IMG/VR virus record: IMGVR_UViG_3300032236_001180
Location: 1 to 64,000 of that record
Reading direction: 5' to 3' (one strand)
Source of the DNA: a virus
Length of the DNA stretch: 64,000 nucleotides
Shown: piece by piece, positions 44,898 to 55,276 of the stretch
How the letters are laid out: the number at the start of each line of letters is the position of its first letter
How positions within the stretch are numbered: position 1 is the stretch's first letter
The notes under the pieces: model-generated
The model's database searches: none
The model's input: the letters and a program-made list of their open reading frames with translations, nothing else
What the model was told of the DNA's origin: nothing
Position numbers and translations under genes: made by a program

Positions 44898-46400
44898 TTA
44901 GTATCCTACCTCATCATCTGAAATTGGGTAAAGATCGCCAAGAGGGTTTTTATTTGCATTTCTTCCGTCTTCAATATTACTTTGATAATCAGTATCATAA
45001 ATTGGCTCAAGTTCTTTGAATGACATATTCATAATCACAGATACTGGTTGTCCTTCATCATATGCCGCCCAATTTCCATCGGCAGCATAATTCATAGCAA
45101 ATCCAGTTAAAGCACAAGTTTTAATACGATTTACACCTTTGATTGGGTTTCCTCCGGAAGTCTTATACTGTAACTGAAAAACATTTGGTGTTCCTAAAAA
45201 ATATGATGCTGCTCCTGCCAATCCATATGTAGCGTTTCCTGATGTACTATTTTGTTTTTTTGCTGCCATTCCTTGCTTGAAGAATCTTATAATTTTATTG
45301 ACCTCATTTGCTTCTTCTTTACTTCTTGGGCTCAATCTATATTGAAATGTAAATTCTCTCAATGTGGGAGAATTAAATAAAAGTTCAAGATTACTATTTG
45401 GAACAACTCCAAATCCTCTTGCTAAAATACTTTCTGGTGATACTGAAAATCCAGCCGTTGATAAAATTTTAGATGCTCCGGCAGTTTTTAATAGTGCCTG
45501 TGCCCCTTGCGAATTTGAAGCTGCGCTCAATAATTTAGATAACATTGCTCCTTGAACGCCTAGTGATGCTCCTTGATTTGCTCCTGTTCCAACTAACGCC
45601 GATATAAGAGCTGCTGTTCCACCAGCAGCTGCATAACTTCCAAGATTGCCTAATATTTCGGCAGTAGCAGCAGCAGAAAGATTGTTCATATTATCATCAC
45701 CCCAAGAAACATTGTTAGAATCAGTCACATTATTTGGCATAGGTAATTTAACAATTCCTAAAAAATCTGCTAATGCAGAAGTTTTTTGTAATCCAGATGT
45801 TATTATTTCTTTTGCTCCCGCAGTTCCGCCAAATAATTGGTCAGATTTTGGTGGTTTGTAATGATATTGTCCTATCTGCAAGTAATCTTGTGTGTTGTTA
45901 TATAAAGCATCTTTTGGATATTGTAAGTTTATTTTTTTTAAATTGGTATCTACATATCCAAAATTTAAATTCTTTTTCAAATCATCTATATTAAAATCAA
46001 ATAAACCACCACCTCCTCCTGATGGTGCAGCCGGAGGTCCTCCCGCAGGTCCTTGTGCTCCTATTTCAACTGCAAGATTTTTTTGCATTGCATATTGAAT
46101 ATTTTGTGTAGTAAATGCATCATATCCAGAAAACATTACTGCCGAAAGACTTTTCGCATAATCATTTAAACTATTAGCTGTTATTCCTTTTTCAGTATCA
46201 ACATATTTTACTTGACCAGTATTAACATCAATTGTATATTTTAATCTTTTTATGATAGGGTCTTTACTATTTGCATCTACTGGTTTTCCGGCACTATATG
46301 TTAAAGGATCGCCAATAAGTTTACTAACATTTATAATTGTTCCTTTAACATTAATTGTACTATTTCCTGATGTGAAATTTATATTAGGATTTTGAGCCAT
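44898..46400 (-). CDS. 48: Baseplate tail-tube cap gp48
   Basis: LPMP, NLELLF..PTLREF.F, PRS..EA, CALT, F.ELEPIY. Confidence 0.88.
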   Translation of the reverse strand: MAQNPNINFTSGNSTINVKGTIINVSKLIGDPLTYSAGKPVDANSKDPIIKRLKYTIDVNTGQVKYVDTEKGITANSLNDYAKSLSAVMFSGYDAFTTQNIQYAMQKNLAVEIGAQGPAGGPPAAPSGGGGGLFDFNIDDLKKNLNFGYVDTNLKKINLQYPKDALYNNTQDYLQIGQYHYKPPKSDQLFGGTAGAKEIITSGLQKTSALADFLGIVKLPMPNNVTDSNNVSWGDDNMNNLSAAATAEILGNLGSYAAAGGTAALISALVGTGANQGASLGVQGAMLSKLLSAASNSQGAQALLKTAGASKILSTAGFSVSPESILARGFGVVPNSNLELLFNSPTLREFTFQYRLSPRSKEEANEVNKIIRFFKQGMAAKKQNSTSGNATYGLAGAASYFLGTPNVFQLQYKTSGGNPIKGVNRIKTCALTGFAMNYAADGNWAAYDEGQPVSVIMNMSFKELEPIYDTDYQSNIEDGRNANKNPLGDLYPISDDEVGY

Positions 46401-46916
46401 TTACGGTGCCGATAAGTTATCTGGATAATCCCAAACTTTGGATTTGAATACTGGTTGTCCTCTTCTATCTACAAATCTTTCGGTGGGAAGCAAAGAAACT
46501 TCTCTCCATTCACTTTCAGGTACTTTGAAAAAATGACTAGATACGCCAGAAAAAAGGTAATTATGTAAAGTTTTTCTTGGTGCATTCACGTTTCCTGATT
46601 TATTTATGTAAGAAGCCGCAACTCCTCCACGATATTGTGGATTCAAATAATGTAAATTGGAACCAAAGAATATTCCAGAATTCATATCAATATCTATAAT
46701 ATAAGTAAGTGGTTGCATATCCCAGAATTTATATTTTTGTGGATACTTTGCCGAATACATAAAAAATACTAAATCTCCTGGCGAAATAAAATTGGTATCA
46801 ATCTCACTAGAATCCTTATCTTGATACTTTGCTAGCTCATCCATCAATCTATTCGTATACCAGATGGTGGACCAGCGTTTAGTTCCCGCCTCTTTAAGTA
46901 TTTTTTCTGCGATCAT
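46401..46916 (-). CDS. 2: DNA end-protector gp2-like protein
   Basis: PGDLVFFMY.AK, D..PL, G.NLHYL, EW....LLP.E.F. Confidence 0.8.
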   Translation of the reverse strand: MIAEKILKEAGTKRWSTIWYTNRLMDELAKYQDKDSSEIDTNFISPGDLVFFMYSAKYPQKYKFWDMQPLTYIIDIDMNSGIFFGSNLHYLNPQYRGGVAASYINKSGNVNAPRKTLHNYLFSGVSSHFFKVPESEWREVSLLPTERFVDRRGQPVFKSKVWDYPDNLSAP

Positions 46917-47686
46917 ATCTTTACTCTATTTTTAATATCTATCCCTCTTTTTCTTTGGTATACTGTTAATGGTCCAGGGGTAGTTATATGACCTGTTATG
47001 GTACATTTCCATTTTTGGGAATTTGTAGTTACTTTTGGGTTATTTTTATTATTGCTATCTATTAATCCTAAATTTTTTAGAATAAAATATCTACTAGTAT
47101 TATTTTTTTGTGCTGCTTCTTCTATTGATCTATATTCAATTCCCAGATAAGTAATTTTGTTACCTTTAAAAATTTTTCCTTTCATAAATTCACTATGCTT
47201 TTTGTGTTTTTCTTTATCGGTTCTATTTCTTTCCGCCATTTTCTTTAAATTTTCGGCATAGTAAGACATTGGTCTTGGATTATTTTTTAATTTTTCTTTC
47301 CAAGTATTTGATTGTTTTTGTTTTACTTCTTCTGGAAGTTTTTTTCCTTTTAAACTTATTTTATTTGCTGCACCTATTTTTGCTCTAACTTCTGGTCTTT
47401 TTGTTGGACTATCATTGCCACACATTTTAGGGGGACTATCACCCCCATTAGTTCTATTAAGAAGAATACCAGTTCCTAAATCCTTTCTACCGAACACAGC
47501 AATCATATAGACCTCGTGTCTAAATGCTTCTTCTTCGGTTAAGTTATTTTTAAGTATTAGTATTCTTGATTTATCTTTTGGTGGTTTAATATCTGTCTTA
47601 CGTCTTCTATATGCCCTATTACCTTTACCTTTTCCTATGTAATAGGGTGTTTTATCTTCTCTTAAATACGCATAAGTATAAAACAT
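46913..47686 (-). CDS. Free-standing GIY-YIG homing endonuclease
   Basis: FYTYAYLR..TPYYIGKG, G.L.N.T.GG, NUMOD-like basic C-terminal repeats. Confidence 0.88.
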   Translation of the reverse strand: MFYTYAYLREDKTPYYIGKGKGNRAYRRRKTDIKPPKDKSRILILKNNLTEEEAFRHEVYMIAVFGRKDLGTGILLNRTNGGDSPPKMCGNDSPTKRPEVRAKIGAANKISLKGKKLPEEVKQKQSNTWKEKLKNNPRPMSYYAENLKKMAERNRTDKEKHKKHSEFMKGKIFKGNKITYLGIEYRSIEEAAQKNNTSRYFILKNLGLIDSNNKNNPKVTTNSQKWKCTITGHITTPGPLTVYQRKRGIDIKNRVKI

Positions 47687-47708
47687 ATCTTTTCTTGCCG
47701 AACTAATA

Positions 47709-48173
47709 TTATTTATGCCCGAATAATTCTTTTTCTGTAAGTATCTTAAATTCATATTTTCTATCAGCACACCATTCTTTTGCTGCTGTCCATTTTGCTT
47801 GATTGATTGCCCACATTTTGACCGAATATGCCCAAGATTTTGTTCTTCTAGCTGGATTTGTTTGTGGTTCCTTTAAGTCCTTTGCTGGTTTAATTTCTAC
47901 GACCATATTTCTTGTTTTTCCATCTTTATCTTTATATTTAATAAAAAAGTCTGGAAAGTATCTATGTGTTTTTCCGTCCAAAGGAGAACGATATGGAATC
48001 CAAAATTCTTCACTTTTCCAACTATTCACACTTTCAGTTAAATCACAATATTGCATAAACTTTAACTCATAAGAAGAACGATATACAATATTAGATACAT
48101 CTCCACCATACTTTTGTGGATTATGTGGGCGATATTTTCCTTGATTGTATTTACTATCTTCGTTACGTGACAT
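47709..48173 (-). CDS. 4: Head-completion nuclease gp4
   Basis: KY.GD..IVYRSSYE, W.SEE, RYFPDF, EIKP, NQAKW. Confidence 0.93.
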   Translation of the reverse strand: MSRNEDSKYNQGKYRPHNPQKYGGDVSNIVYRSSYELKFMQYCDLTESVNSWKSEEFWIPYRSPLDGKTHRYFPDFFIKYKDKDGKTRNMVVEIKPAKDLKEPQTNPARRTKSWAYSVKMWAINQAKWTAAKEWCADRKYEFKILTEKELFGHK

Positions 48174-48204
48174 ACATAGTATAGAATCGTATACGCTTAT
48201 TTAG

Positions 48205-48984
48205 ATGGCTAGAGCAAATACATATAGAGTAGATCCTCTTTATGTAAAGATGACTACCCCGAGAGATATGGGGGGATCTTCTTTGCCTTCAGTTCAAGAG
48301 ATGTTTGGTAATGTATCTCTTACAAGTCAATTTAAAGTTAATATGTTTTTGGGTGGATCAAATGGGGCACAGGATGGAAATTTATTAGAATATTTAAACA
48401 AATGCGGAATAACGAATAATACATCAAAAACATTTACTTATGATTTTATGTGTGCGGAAGCAGTTCTTCCCGGAGCAACTTTTGATATGGGAGAAGAATA
48501 TGGAAGTCGTCAGGGCATAATTGAAAGATTTCCAAATCGTAGAATATTTTCAGATTTCAATTTAACTTTTTATGTTGATAGTGAATATAATATTATTCGT
48601 TTATTTGAAGAATGGATGAATTTTATAAATCCAATTTACACGAAGGATGGAGAACAAGCACCAAATCCTCGTGGTCAAGTTGGGTATGAACAAAGTGAAA
48701 ATTATTATAGATTTAAATACCCTGACCAATACAAAAGAATAATTTCAATTACTAAATTTGAAAGAGACTTTTTAGTAAATCCAAATAATCCAAAGAGTCC
48801 AACTGAAACACAAAATCTTTTAACATATCAATTTATTGATGCCTTTCCAACTAATATTACTGCACTTCCTTTATCCTACGAAGGAAGCACAATAACTAAA
48901 ACTACGATTAATTTTAGTTACACTAGATATACTACAATAAAACATAAAGGAACACAGATAAATCCATACTCAACTACTGCCTAA
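48205..48984 (+). CDS. Tail-tube-like baseplate protein (gp54/gp19 fold)
   Basis: C.EAVLPG, LTFYVD, FEEWM, AFP.NI, F.Y.RY. Confidence 0.7.
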   Translation: MARANTYRVDPLYVKMTTPRDMGGSSLPSVQEMFGNVSLTSQFKVNMFLGGSNGAQDGNLLEYLNKCGITNNTSKTFTYDFMCAEAVLPGATFDMGEEYGSRQGIIERFPNRRIFSDFNLTFYVDSEYNIIRLFEEWMNFINPIYTKDGEQAPNPRGQVGYEQSENYYRFKYPDQYKRIISITKFERDFLVNPNNPKSPTETQNLLTYQFIDAFPTNITALPLSYEGSTITKTTINFSYTRYTTIKHKGTQINPYSTTA

Positions 48985-49015
48985 TAAATAATTAGAACTG
49001 AACTTAATCATTCAA

Positions 49016-49741
49016 ATGCCTTTACCAAAAATTGCTACACCACAATATTCTCTTGATTTGCCATCATCGGGAAAAACTATCAAATATCGTCCATTTTTAG
49101 TCAAAGAAGAAAAGATACTTATTCTTGCTCTTGAAAGCGAAGACGTAAAACAAATCACATCGGCAATCAAACAAGTTTTAAAAGATTGTATTTTAACAAA
49201 AGGAATTAAGGTAGAAGAACTTCCAACTTTTGATATTGAGTATATTTTTCTAAACGTTCGTGGAAAATCAGTTGGTGAAGCAATTGAACTGATTGTAACT
49301 TGCAGTGATGATGGAACTACCGAAGTTCCAGTTAAGATTTATATTGATGAAATTGAGGTTCAAAAAGATCCAGAGCACTCCACTGATATCAATTTGGGTG
49401 ATGGATTGGTATTGAGAATGAAGTATCCATCTTTGAATGAATTTATCAAAAACAACTTTGATTTTAGTTCAAATGACGTTTCTTCTATTGAAAAATCATT
49501 TGATATTGTTTCTTCTTGTATTGATATGGTCTTTAATGCCGACGAATCTTGGGCGGCAGCAGATTGTACTAAAAAGGAACTGAATGATTGGATTGAAACT
49601 TTGACTTCGCAGCAGTTCCAAGAAGTAGAAAAGTTCTTTAATACGATGCCCAAACTCGCACACACTTTTAAAGTGACTAATCCAAATACAAAAAAAGAAA
49701 ATGAAGTTACTTTGGAGGGACTGACAAGTTTTTTCGGTTGA
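49016..49741 (+). CDS. 26: Baseplate hub protein gp26
   Basis: MPLPKI..P, YRPFLVKEEK, DIEYIFL..R.KSVGE, LEGL.SFF. Confidence 0.92.
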   Translation: MPLPKIATPQYSLDLPSSGKTIKYRPFLVKEEKILILALESEDVKQITSAIKQVLKDCILTKGIKVEELPTFDIEYIFLNVRGKSVGEAIELIVTCSDDGTTEVPVKIYIDEIEVQKDPEHSTDINLGDGLVLRMKYPSLNEFIKNNFDFSSNDVSSIEKSFDIVSSCIDMVFNADESWAAADCTKKELNDWIETLTSQQFQEVEKFFNTMPKLAHTFKVTNPNTKKENEVTLEGLTSFFG

Positions 49742-49743
49742 TA

Positions 49744-49920
49744 ATGGCTCATATGGATCTTGAGTCATATTTTAAAATTAACTTCTCGTTGATGCAGCAT
49801 CATAAATATTCTTTGACTGAAATAGAAAATCTCATACCTTGGGAACGGGATATTTACCTAGCGTTATTAAATCAGTTTATAGAAGAAGAAAATTTAAAGG
49901 CACAACAAAGTAATGGTTAA
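49744..49920 (+). CDS. 51: Baseplate hub assembly protein gp51
   Basis: NF.LMQHHKYSL.EIEN.IPWERDIY. Confidence 0.88.
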   Translation: MAHMDLESYFKINFSLMQHHKYSLTEIENLIPWERDIYLALLNQFIEEENLKAQQSNG

Positions 49921-51775
49921 ATCCCCACTTAGTCCAGAAAAAATCATAGGAAATAGCAATCCAAAATCTTCCTTTGGGTTACTTTCTGGTAAGAACTTTT
50001 TGGGGTCTTCGGTTATTTCCAAATCTTCAAATAAAATTGTAGGATTTAATAGGGCAAAGGTATCTGCGAATAAAGGAGAAGTACAAAAAATAGTAAGTAA
50101 TTTAACTACAAATAATATTACTAATAGTTATAGTAATATTATAAAAAATGTTTTTGGAACTTTGCAAGCAAAACAAAATAAAGAAGAAGAAAATAAAGAA
50201 AAAAGATTTGGAATATTTGGTTTTTTTGATAGCATTAAAGATGCTTTTAATTTAATTCGTTTTGTTGGTTCAAGAAAAAATTTAGATAAAATTAAAGATA
50301 GTTTAGAAAATTTAAAAATTACTTTTTCTGAAACATTTGATACAGCAAAAATTCTTCGCAAAATTATTAAAAAAATATTTGAACAACTTTCGGGTTTATC
50401 CGGTGATGGGGGTGGAGGAAAAGGATTGTGGGGATTAATTGCGGCTGCAATCGCAAGTATAATTCGTAAATTATTTCGTGGAGTAGTCAAAACATTTTCT
50501 GATATTTTTGAAAGAATATCAAAAAATGAAAATACTATGCGAAATATTATTGATAAAGTATCGCAACCACCAACTATAGAGACGCCAGCATCACCATCAA
50601 TAGGAACTGCTGTCACAACAGCGGGGGAAGTAGCAGCAGGAGCTGGGTTGGCGGCATTTCCGGCAGCAGTAGGAACTGAAATCAAAGCATTACCAGAAGC
50701 AACAAAAGCATTACCAGAAGCAACAAAAGCATTACCAGCCGCAAAGGGAATTGGTAATGCTTTTTCAAGAATGCCAAAAATGGGTAAATTTGGACTTATT
50801 ACTGCGGGGTTGAGTTTGGCAACTCTTGGTGGATCGGCAATGATGAATAAAAGCGGTCTTTCCCAACCTGGAGATAAAGACGTTCAACCCGGAGATACTG
50901 TACCGGAAGTTCCTGGAAATGTTTTGGATAGATTCAATTCTATTTTAGATAGATTTGATAAAATACTTGATGGATTAAAAGGTGGTGGAAAAAATCCCAC
51001 TTCTACATCAAAAGGTGGGGGAAGCACATCATCTGCTGCTGGTGGTGGTAGTCCTATTGGTAGTAATCCTAGTGGTGGTGTTCCTGATGGAAAATTATTA
51101 GATCAAGCTAGTTCTGCTGTTAAAGATCCAAATGTTAAAGCATTTTTAGATACGATTGCAAATGTAGAATCTGGTGGATCATATAATGTAATTGTAGGCG
51201 GCAAAAAGTTTTCAGATTTATCTAAACATCCGGAAAGTTTTAATGCATCTGCCGGATCTGATGCTGCTGGGAGATATCAATTTATAAGCACAACATATAA
51301 TAGTATTGCTAAAAAATTAGGATTGAAAGACTTTAGTAAAGAAAGTCAAGATCTTGCAGCAGTTGAAGATTTGAGACAAAAGGGTGTATTAGATATGATA
51401 AAAACTGGAAAACCAGATCAAATACAAAAAGCTATTGATATACTTAAAACAAATGAATGGACTGGTTTACAAAGTTATAGTGGAGATCAGGGAGTAAAAT
51501 ATTTTTTAAAGAGAAAGGGGGGTTTGGCATCAACAGCACCATCACAAGAACAATTAAGATTGCCACCAGGTCAACAATCACCACAAGGAAAATCTTCACT
51601 TGTAGTATTACCTGCGGCACAACAACAAGCAACACCATCTGGTGGTGGAGGTCAAATAACTGCGCCACCATCACCAAAACAAAATGGACCAACTGCTCCA
51701 TTTTATCCATCATCAAACTATGATAATTTCTTAACATTATATTCAAGAATGGTTTATAACATTGTAGACGGATAA
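49913..51775 (+). CDS. Tail/baseplate-hub protein with a lambda-lysozyme-like domain
   Basis: AFLDTIANVESGGSYN...HP...AAGRYQF...DFS..SQD (about 51126-51480). Confidence 0.75.
   Translation: MVKSPLSPEKIIGNSNPKSSFGLLSGKNFLGSSVISKSSNKIVGFNRAKVSANKGEVQKIVSNLTTNNITNSYSNIIKNVFGTLQAKQNKEEENKEKRFGIFGFFDSIKDAFNLIRFVGSRKNLDKIKDSLENLKITFSETFDTAKILRKIIKKIFEQLSGLSGDGGGGKGLWGLIAAAIASIIRKLFRGVVKTFSDIFERISKNENTMRNIIDKVSQPPTIETPASPSIGTAVTTAGEVAAGAGLAAFPAAVGTEIKALPEATKALPEATKALPAAKGIGNAFSRMPKMGKFGLITAGLSLATLGGSAMMNKSGLSQPGDKDVQPGDTVPEVPGNVLDRFNSILDRFDKILDGLKGGGKNPTSTSKGGGSTSSAAGGGSPIGSNPSGGVPDGKLLDQASSAVKDPNVKAFLDTIANVESGGSYNVIVGGKKFSDLSKHPESFNASAGSDAAGRYQFISTTYNSIAKKLGLKDFSKESQDLAAVEDLRQKGVLDMIKTGKPDQIQKAIDILKTNEWTGLQSYSGDQGVKYFLKRKGGLASTAPSQEQLRLPPGQQSPQGKSSLVVLPAAQQQATPSGGGGQITAPPSPKQNGPTAPFYPSSNYDNFLTLYSRMVYNIVDG
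50684..50738 (+). repeat. 21-bp tandem repeat (~2.6 copies, KALPEAT)
   Basis: AAAGCATTACCAGAAGCAACA repeated in frame. Confidence 0.9.
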
Positions 51776-53952
51776 TGAAAAGTTTTTTGTCCTCTCCTAT
51801 TGCTACTTCCGTAAGCAATATTGCTTCTGTAAATATTCATAAGCATAGTAGTTTTAAGACCAAAAAGGATTATAGTGATTTTATTAGTTGGTTGGATACA
51901 AGCAATAACGATATCAAAAAAATAAAACTACCAAGTAAAAAGAAACTTAAAGATTTAGAAGATCTTGATTTTTCCTCTATGCTTGGTGGTGGAAATCCAC
52001 TTGCCGCATTATTGGGTGAAATTCTTGGTGGTTTAGCTGCTTCATTGGGCATTCCTTCCTTTAATGCTTTACCAACTTTTGGAAAAACAACAATAACTCC
52101 ATCAACAACTCCAAAAGCACCTGTAGAAATAGGCACAGGTGTTGGTGGAATTCCGCCAATATCAAAAGTCAATCCAAAGGATCTTACAATAAAAAAAGTA
52201 AATGTAAAAGTCGTAAATGGGACGAAACTTCTTCCACCAAAACCAAATCTTTTACCAGAATCAAAAATAAAAGGTTTATTACCTTCTAGTGAATCTAAAG
52301 CACAAATAAAACTTTTGCCAGAAAAACCAAAAATATCTCAACCAGGAAAAGGTGTTGGTTCTTCGCATCCTGATATTGCAGGTCAAGAAGATTTTGGAAA
52401 AAGAGCAGATAAAATATTAGAAGAAAGGAGAGCGGCAAGATCAGCAAAAGATGCCACAAAAGTAGCAACAAAAAATATTGGAAAAGAAGCAGAAAAAAAA
52501 GCTGCCAAATTTGCTGGAAAAAATGCTTTTGGTAGGTTTCTTAAAATAGCTGCGCCAGGAGCAGGATCTGTATTTGGTGCTATGGATGCAAAAGATAGGG
52601 CAGAAAAAGGAGATAAAATTGGTTCTTGGATTTCTGGTGCTTCTTCTGCTTTGAGTGGATTTGCTGCTGCGGCTCAAATACCTGCTGCCGCTGGACTTGC
52701 AATTCCTGGTCTTGGATGGGCAGAAACTGCCGCAACAGAACTTGTTGCTGGTAGTGCGGAAATATTATCACTTGGTTTGGATGCTGTGAATTTAGTGAGA
52801 GATCTTACTGGAAATAGTGATGTAAAGAAAAAAGAAGAAACTTCTAAAAATAAAATAGATATAAGACTAAAAGAACAAGAAAAGAAACAAAGAGAAGCAG
52901 CATCTACAAGTAAGGTAACTTTTGTGAGTATTACCGATAAATTTGATAAAGTTGTAAGTAAGTTTGGAAAAATTGCTGGTGGTATGGGATATGGCACCCG
53001 ATCTGGACAAGAAGATAAAATGACGCCAGAAGAAAAAGAAAAAGCAGCACACGAAGCACCAGAAGAAACTCCAACACCATCCACATCATTAAAGGGATCG
53101 CCAGGACACGAATTTGAACCCAAAATGAAACAATATATTACTGGTGATCCAAGTGATAGAGATTATATGGCCGATCACGGAACTGAAACTAACTATCACG
53201 ACCATCTTGCATTCAAAGATAGAGATACGGCAGTAAAAGCTTTTAATTTTTTCAAATCTAAAGGAATTAAAGTAACCGAATTTAAAGGATATACGCCAGT
53301 TGGGGACCACAAAGGGCCAGATCATTATTCTGGTTTAGCATTTGATATTCCTGGATATCAATGGGGAGGACACGGAAAAATTGGACCAACTGAATATCAA
53401 GGATCTGCAAAAGTTAGATCCGGATTGAATGAATTTTTTAATATTAAACCATCAGGAAAAAATGATGGTTCAATCGGAGATATGCCAAGTACAAATCAAC
53501 AATCAATTGAAGATTATGCGAAACAAACTATGGGAAAAGGTGCGGACAGAATACTAAAAGATCCTAAATTAAAAGCACAACTTTTGGGAGAAAAAAATCA
53601 GTTCAAAAATGCAATGGCAACAACACCAGTTACTGATCCAGAAGTCAAACAACTACAAAAAAATTATAATGTTTATGTTAAAGGTCTTAGGGAAAGAAGA
53701 CAATCCCAAATAGCACCAGGACAAACACCACAAGTTCCGGAAGCAATTGCAACTCCATTACAAGAGCAGACAGGCACAACAATGATTATACAACAACCAT
53801 CATCAGCACCAGCAGGACAATCATCTATGGTTCCAATTCCTATCCCAATGGGAGGTGATGGCGGTGGAGTTGCTGTGGCATCAATTCCGGAAGGACAGAT
53901 ATTAAATAGTCTATGGAAGACTATGCTTCTTACTAATCTCTCTTCAGCATAA
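51775..53952 (+). CDS. Tail-associated protein (tape-measure-like) with a putative Zn-peptidase domain
   Basis: Gly/Ala-rich hydrophobic segment; YHDHLAF and DHYSGLAFD motifs. Confidence 0.6.
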   Translation: MKSFLSSPIATSVSNIASVNIHKHSSFKTKKDYSDFISWLDTSNNDIKKIKLPSKKKLKDLEDLDFSSMLGGGNPLAALLGEILGGLAASLGIPSFNALPTFGKTTITPSTTPKAPVEIGTGVGGIPPISKVNPKDLTIKKVNVKVVNGTKLLPPKPNLLPESKIKGLLPSSESKAQIKLLPEKPKISQPGKGVGSSHPDIAGQEDFGKRADKILEERRAARSAKDATKVATKNIGKEAEKKAAKFAGKNAFGRFLKIAAPGAGSVFGAMDAKDRAEKGDKIGSWISGASSALSGFAAAAQIPAAAGLAIPGLGWAETAATELVAGSAEILSLGLDAVNLVRDLTGNSDVKKKEETSKNKIDIRLKEQEKKQREAASTSKVTFVSITDKFDKVVSKFGKIAGGMGYGTRSGQEDKMTPEEKEKAAHEAPEETPTPSTSLKGSPGHEFEPKMKQYITGDPSDRDYMADHGTETNYHDHLAFKDRDTAVKAFNFFKSKGIKVTEFKGYTPVGDHKGPDHYSGLAFDIPGYQWGGHGKIGPTEYQGSAKVRSGLNEFFNIKPSGKNDGSIGDMPSTNQQSIEDYAKQTMGKGADRILKDPKLKAQLLGEKNQFKNAMATTPVTDPEVKQLQKNYNVYVKGLRERRQSQIAPGQTPQVPEAIATPLQEQTGTTMIIQQPSSAPAGQSSMVPIPIPMGGDGGGVAVASIPEGQILNSLWKTMLLTNLSSA

Positions 53953-55268
53953 TGACAAACGCAGTATCAGGTTTAAGATATCAATATGTAACGATTGCAT
54001 CATTAGATGGTTCTAAGAAAATTGACTTAACAAATTCAATTCTTGAAATGAATTATTATGAAGATATTTTATCACCTTGCATAACAATGACAATTGTTTT
54101 AGACAATGTTAATTCAATTTTCAATGGTCTTCCTATTCGTGGCGGCGAAAGTGTTGCTATGGAAATTGAAACTGCATCTAAAAATTTTAAGTTAGATGGA
54201 ACACGAGCAATGTTTGTATATAAAGTGAGCGGATTAAGTGCGGAGAAAAAAAGCGAAAGTTTTACTTTACATCTTGTTTCCAAAGAAGGACTACAAAATG
54301 AAGCAGTTAGATGTCAAAAAAAATATGAAAAATCAACAATAGATCATCACATAAAAGATATTTTAAAAAATACTTTACGGACAGATAAAATAGGAACAAT
54401 AGAACCTTCATCAAATTCATATACTTTTATTGGAAATAACAAAAAACCATTTCACATTTTGACTTGGTTGGGACCAAAAGCAGTTTCGCAAATTACAAAA
54501 GTATCTAATGTTTCTGGAAATGGACAGAGTGGACAAGCAAAAGGAACTTCTGGATTTTTATTTTATGAAAATTATGATGGATTTAATTTCCGTAGTATTG
54601 ATAGTTTGGTATCAAATACACAATTGGGAACTGGAAATAAAAAAGCAAAATATACCTATATTTGGCCTCAAGGTATAATTGAACACAATAATCCAAATAA
54701 TAACTTTAAGATGATAAATTATAATTATGAAAAAAATATTGATTTGATGAAGTCCCTGAGAGTTGGAATGTATGTAAATAAAACTTATTTTTATGACGTT
54801 TATAATCAGGAAGTTAATATTTACAAATATTCTTTGAAAAGTGAAATTAAAAATGCGACACAATTGGGTGGGGCCGAAAGTATTGCTGTTTCGGATCAAT
54901 TTGGTGATTCTATTTCTAGAATTTTAACAAGAACATCCGATCACGGATATTTGGATAAAAGTGGAAAGTTTGAAGAGTCAGGAAGAGATAGTGCAGATAT
55001 TGCTAAATCTTCATCAAGATATAATTTATTATTCACCCAAGCAGTGAACATAAATATACCTATGAATTTAAATCTTAAAGTTGGAGATATAATTGAAGCA
55101 ATCTTCCCAAGAATGGAAGCAGCAAATAGCGGAGAAGCAGATCCAGAACAAAGTGGAAATTATTTAATTAAAGAACTTTGTCATCACTTTGATCCTCGTG
55201 GTGGTCATATGCTTACGAGTGCAAAATTAATTCGTGATAGCTATGGTCTCTATGGTCCAAACCAATAA
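53952..55268 (+). CDS. Baseplate hub/tail protein (gp27-like)
   Basis: YYEDI.SP, LPIRGGE, FLFYE..DGF.F.SID, SG.YLI..LCH.F, L.RDS. Confidence 0.75.
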   Translation: MTNAVSGLRYQYVTIASLDGSKKIDLTNSILEMNYYEDILSPCITMTIVLDNVNSIFNGLPIRGGESVAMEIETASKNFKLDGTRAMFVYKVSGLSAEKKSESFTLHLVSKEGLQNEAVRCQKKYEKSTIDHHIKDILKNTLRTDKIGTIEPSSNSYTFIGNNKKPFHILTWLGPKAVSQITKVSNVSGNGQSGQAKGTSGFLFYENYDGFNFRSIDSLVSNTQLGTGNKKAKYTYIWPQGIIEHNNPNNNFKMINYNYEKNIDLMKSLRVGMYVNKTYFYDVYNQEVNIYKYSLKSEIKNATQLGGAESIAVSDQFGDSISRILTRTSDHGYLDKSGKFEESGRDSADIAKSSSRYNLLFTQAVNINIPMNLNLKVGDIIEAIFPRMEAANSGEADPEQSGNYLIKELCHHFDPRGGHMLTSAKLIRDSYGLYGPNQ

Positions 55269-55276
55269 ATACTAAA

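Noticed and set aside
50128-53325. Several 60-185-aa antisense ORFs within tail genes
   Set aside because: Shadows of Gly/Ala/Pro-rich sense-strand coding; no independent signals.
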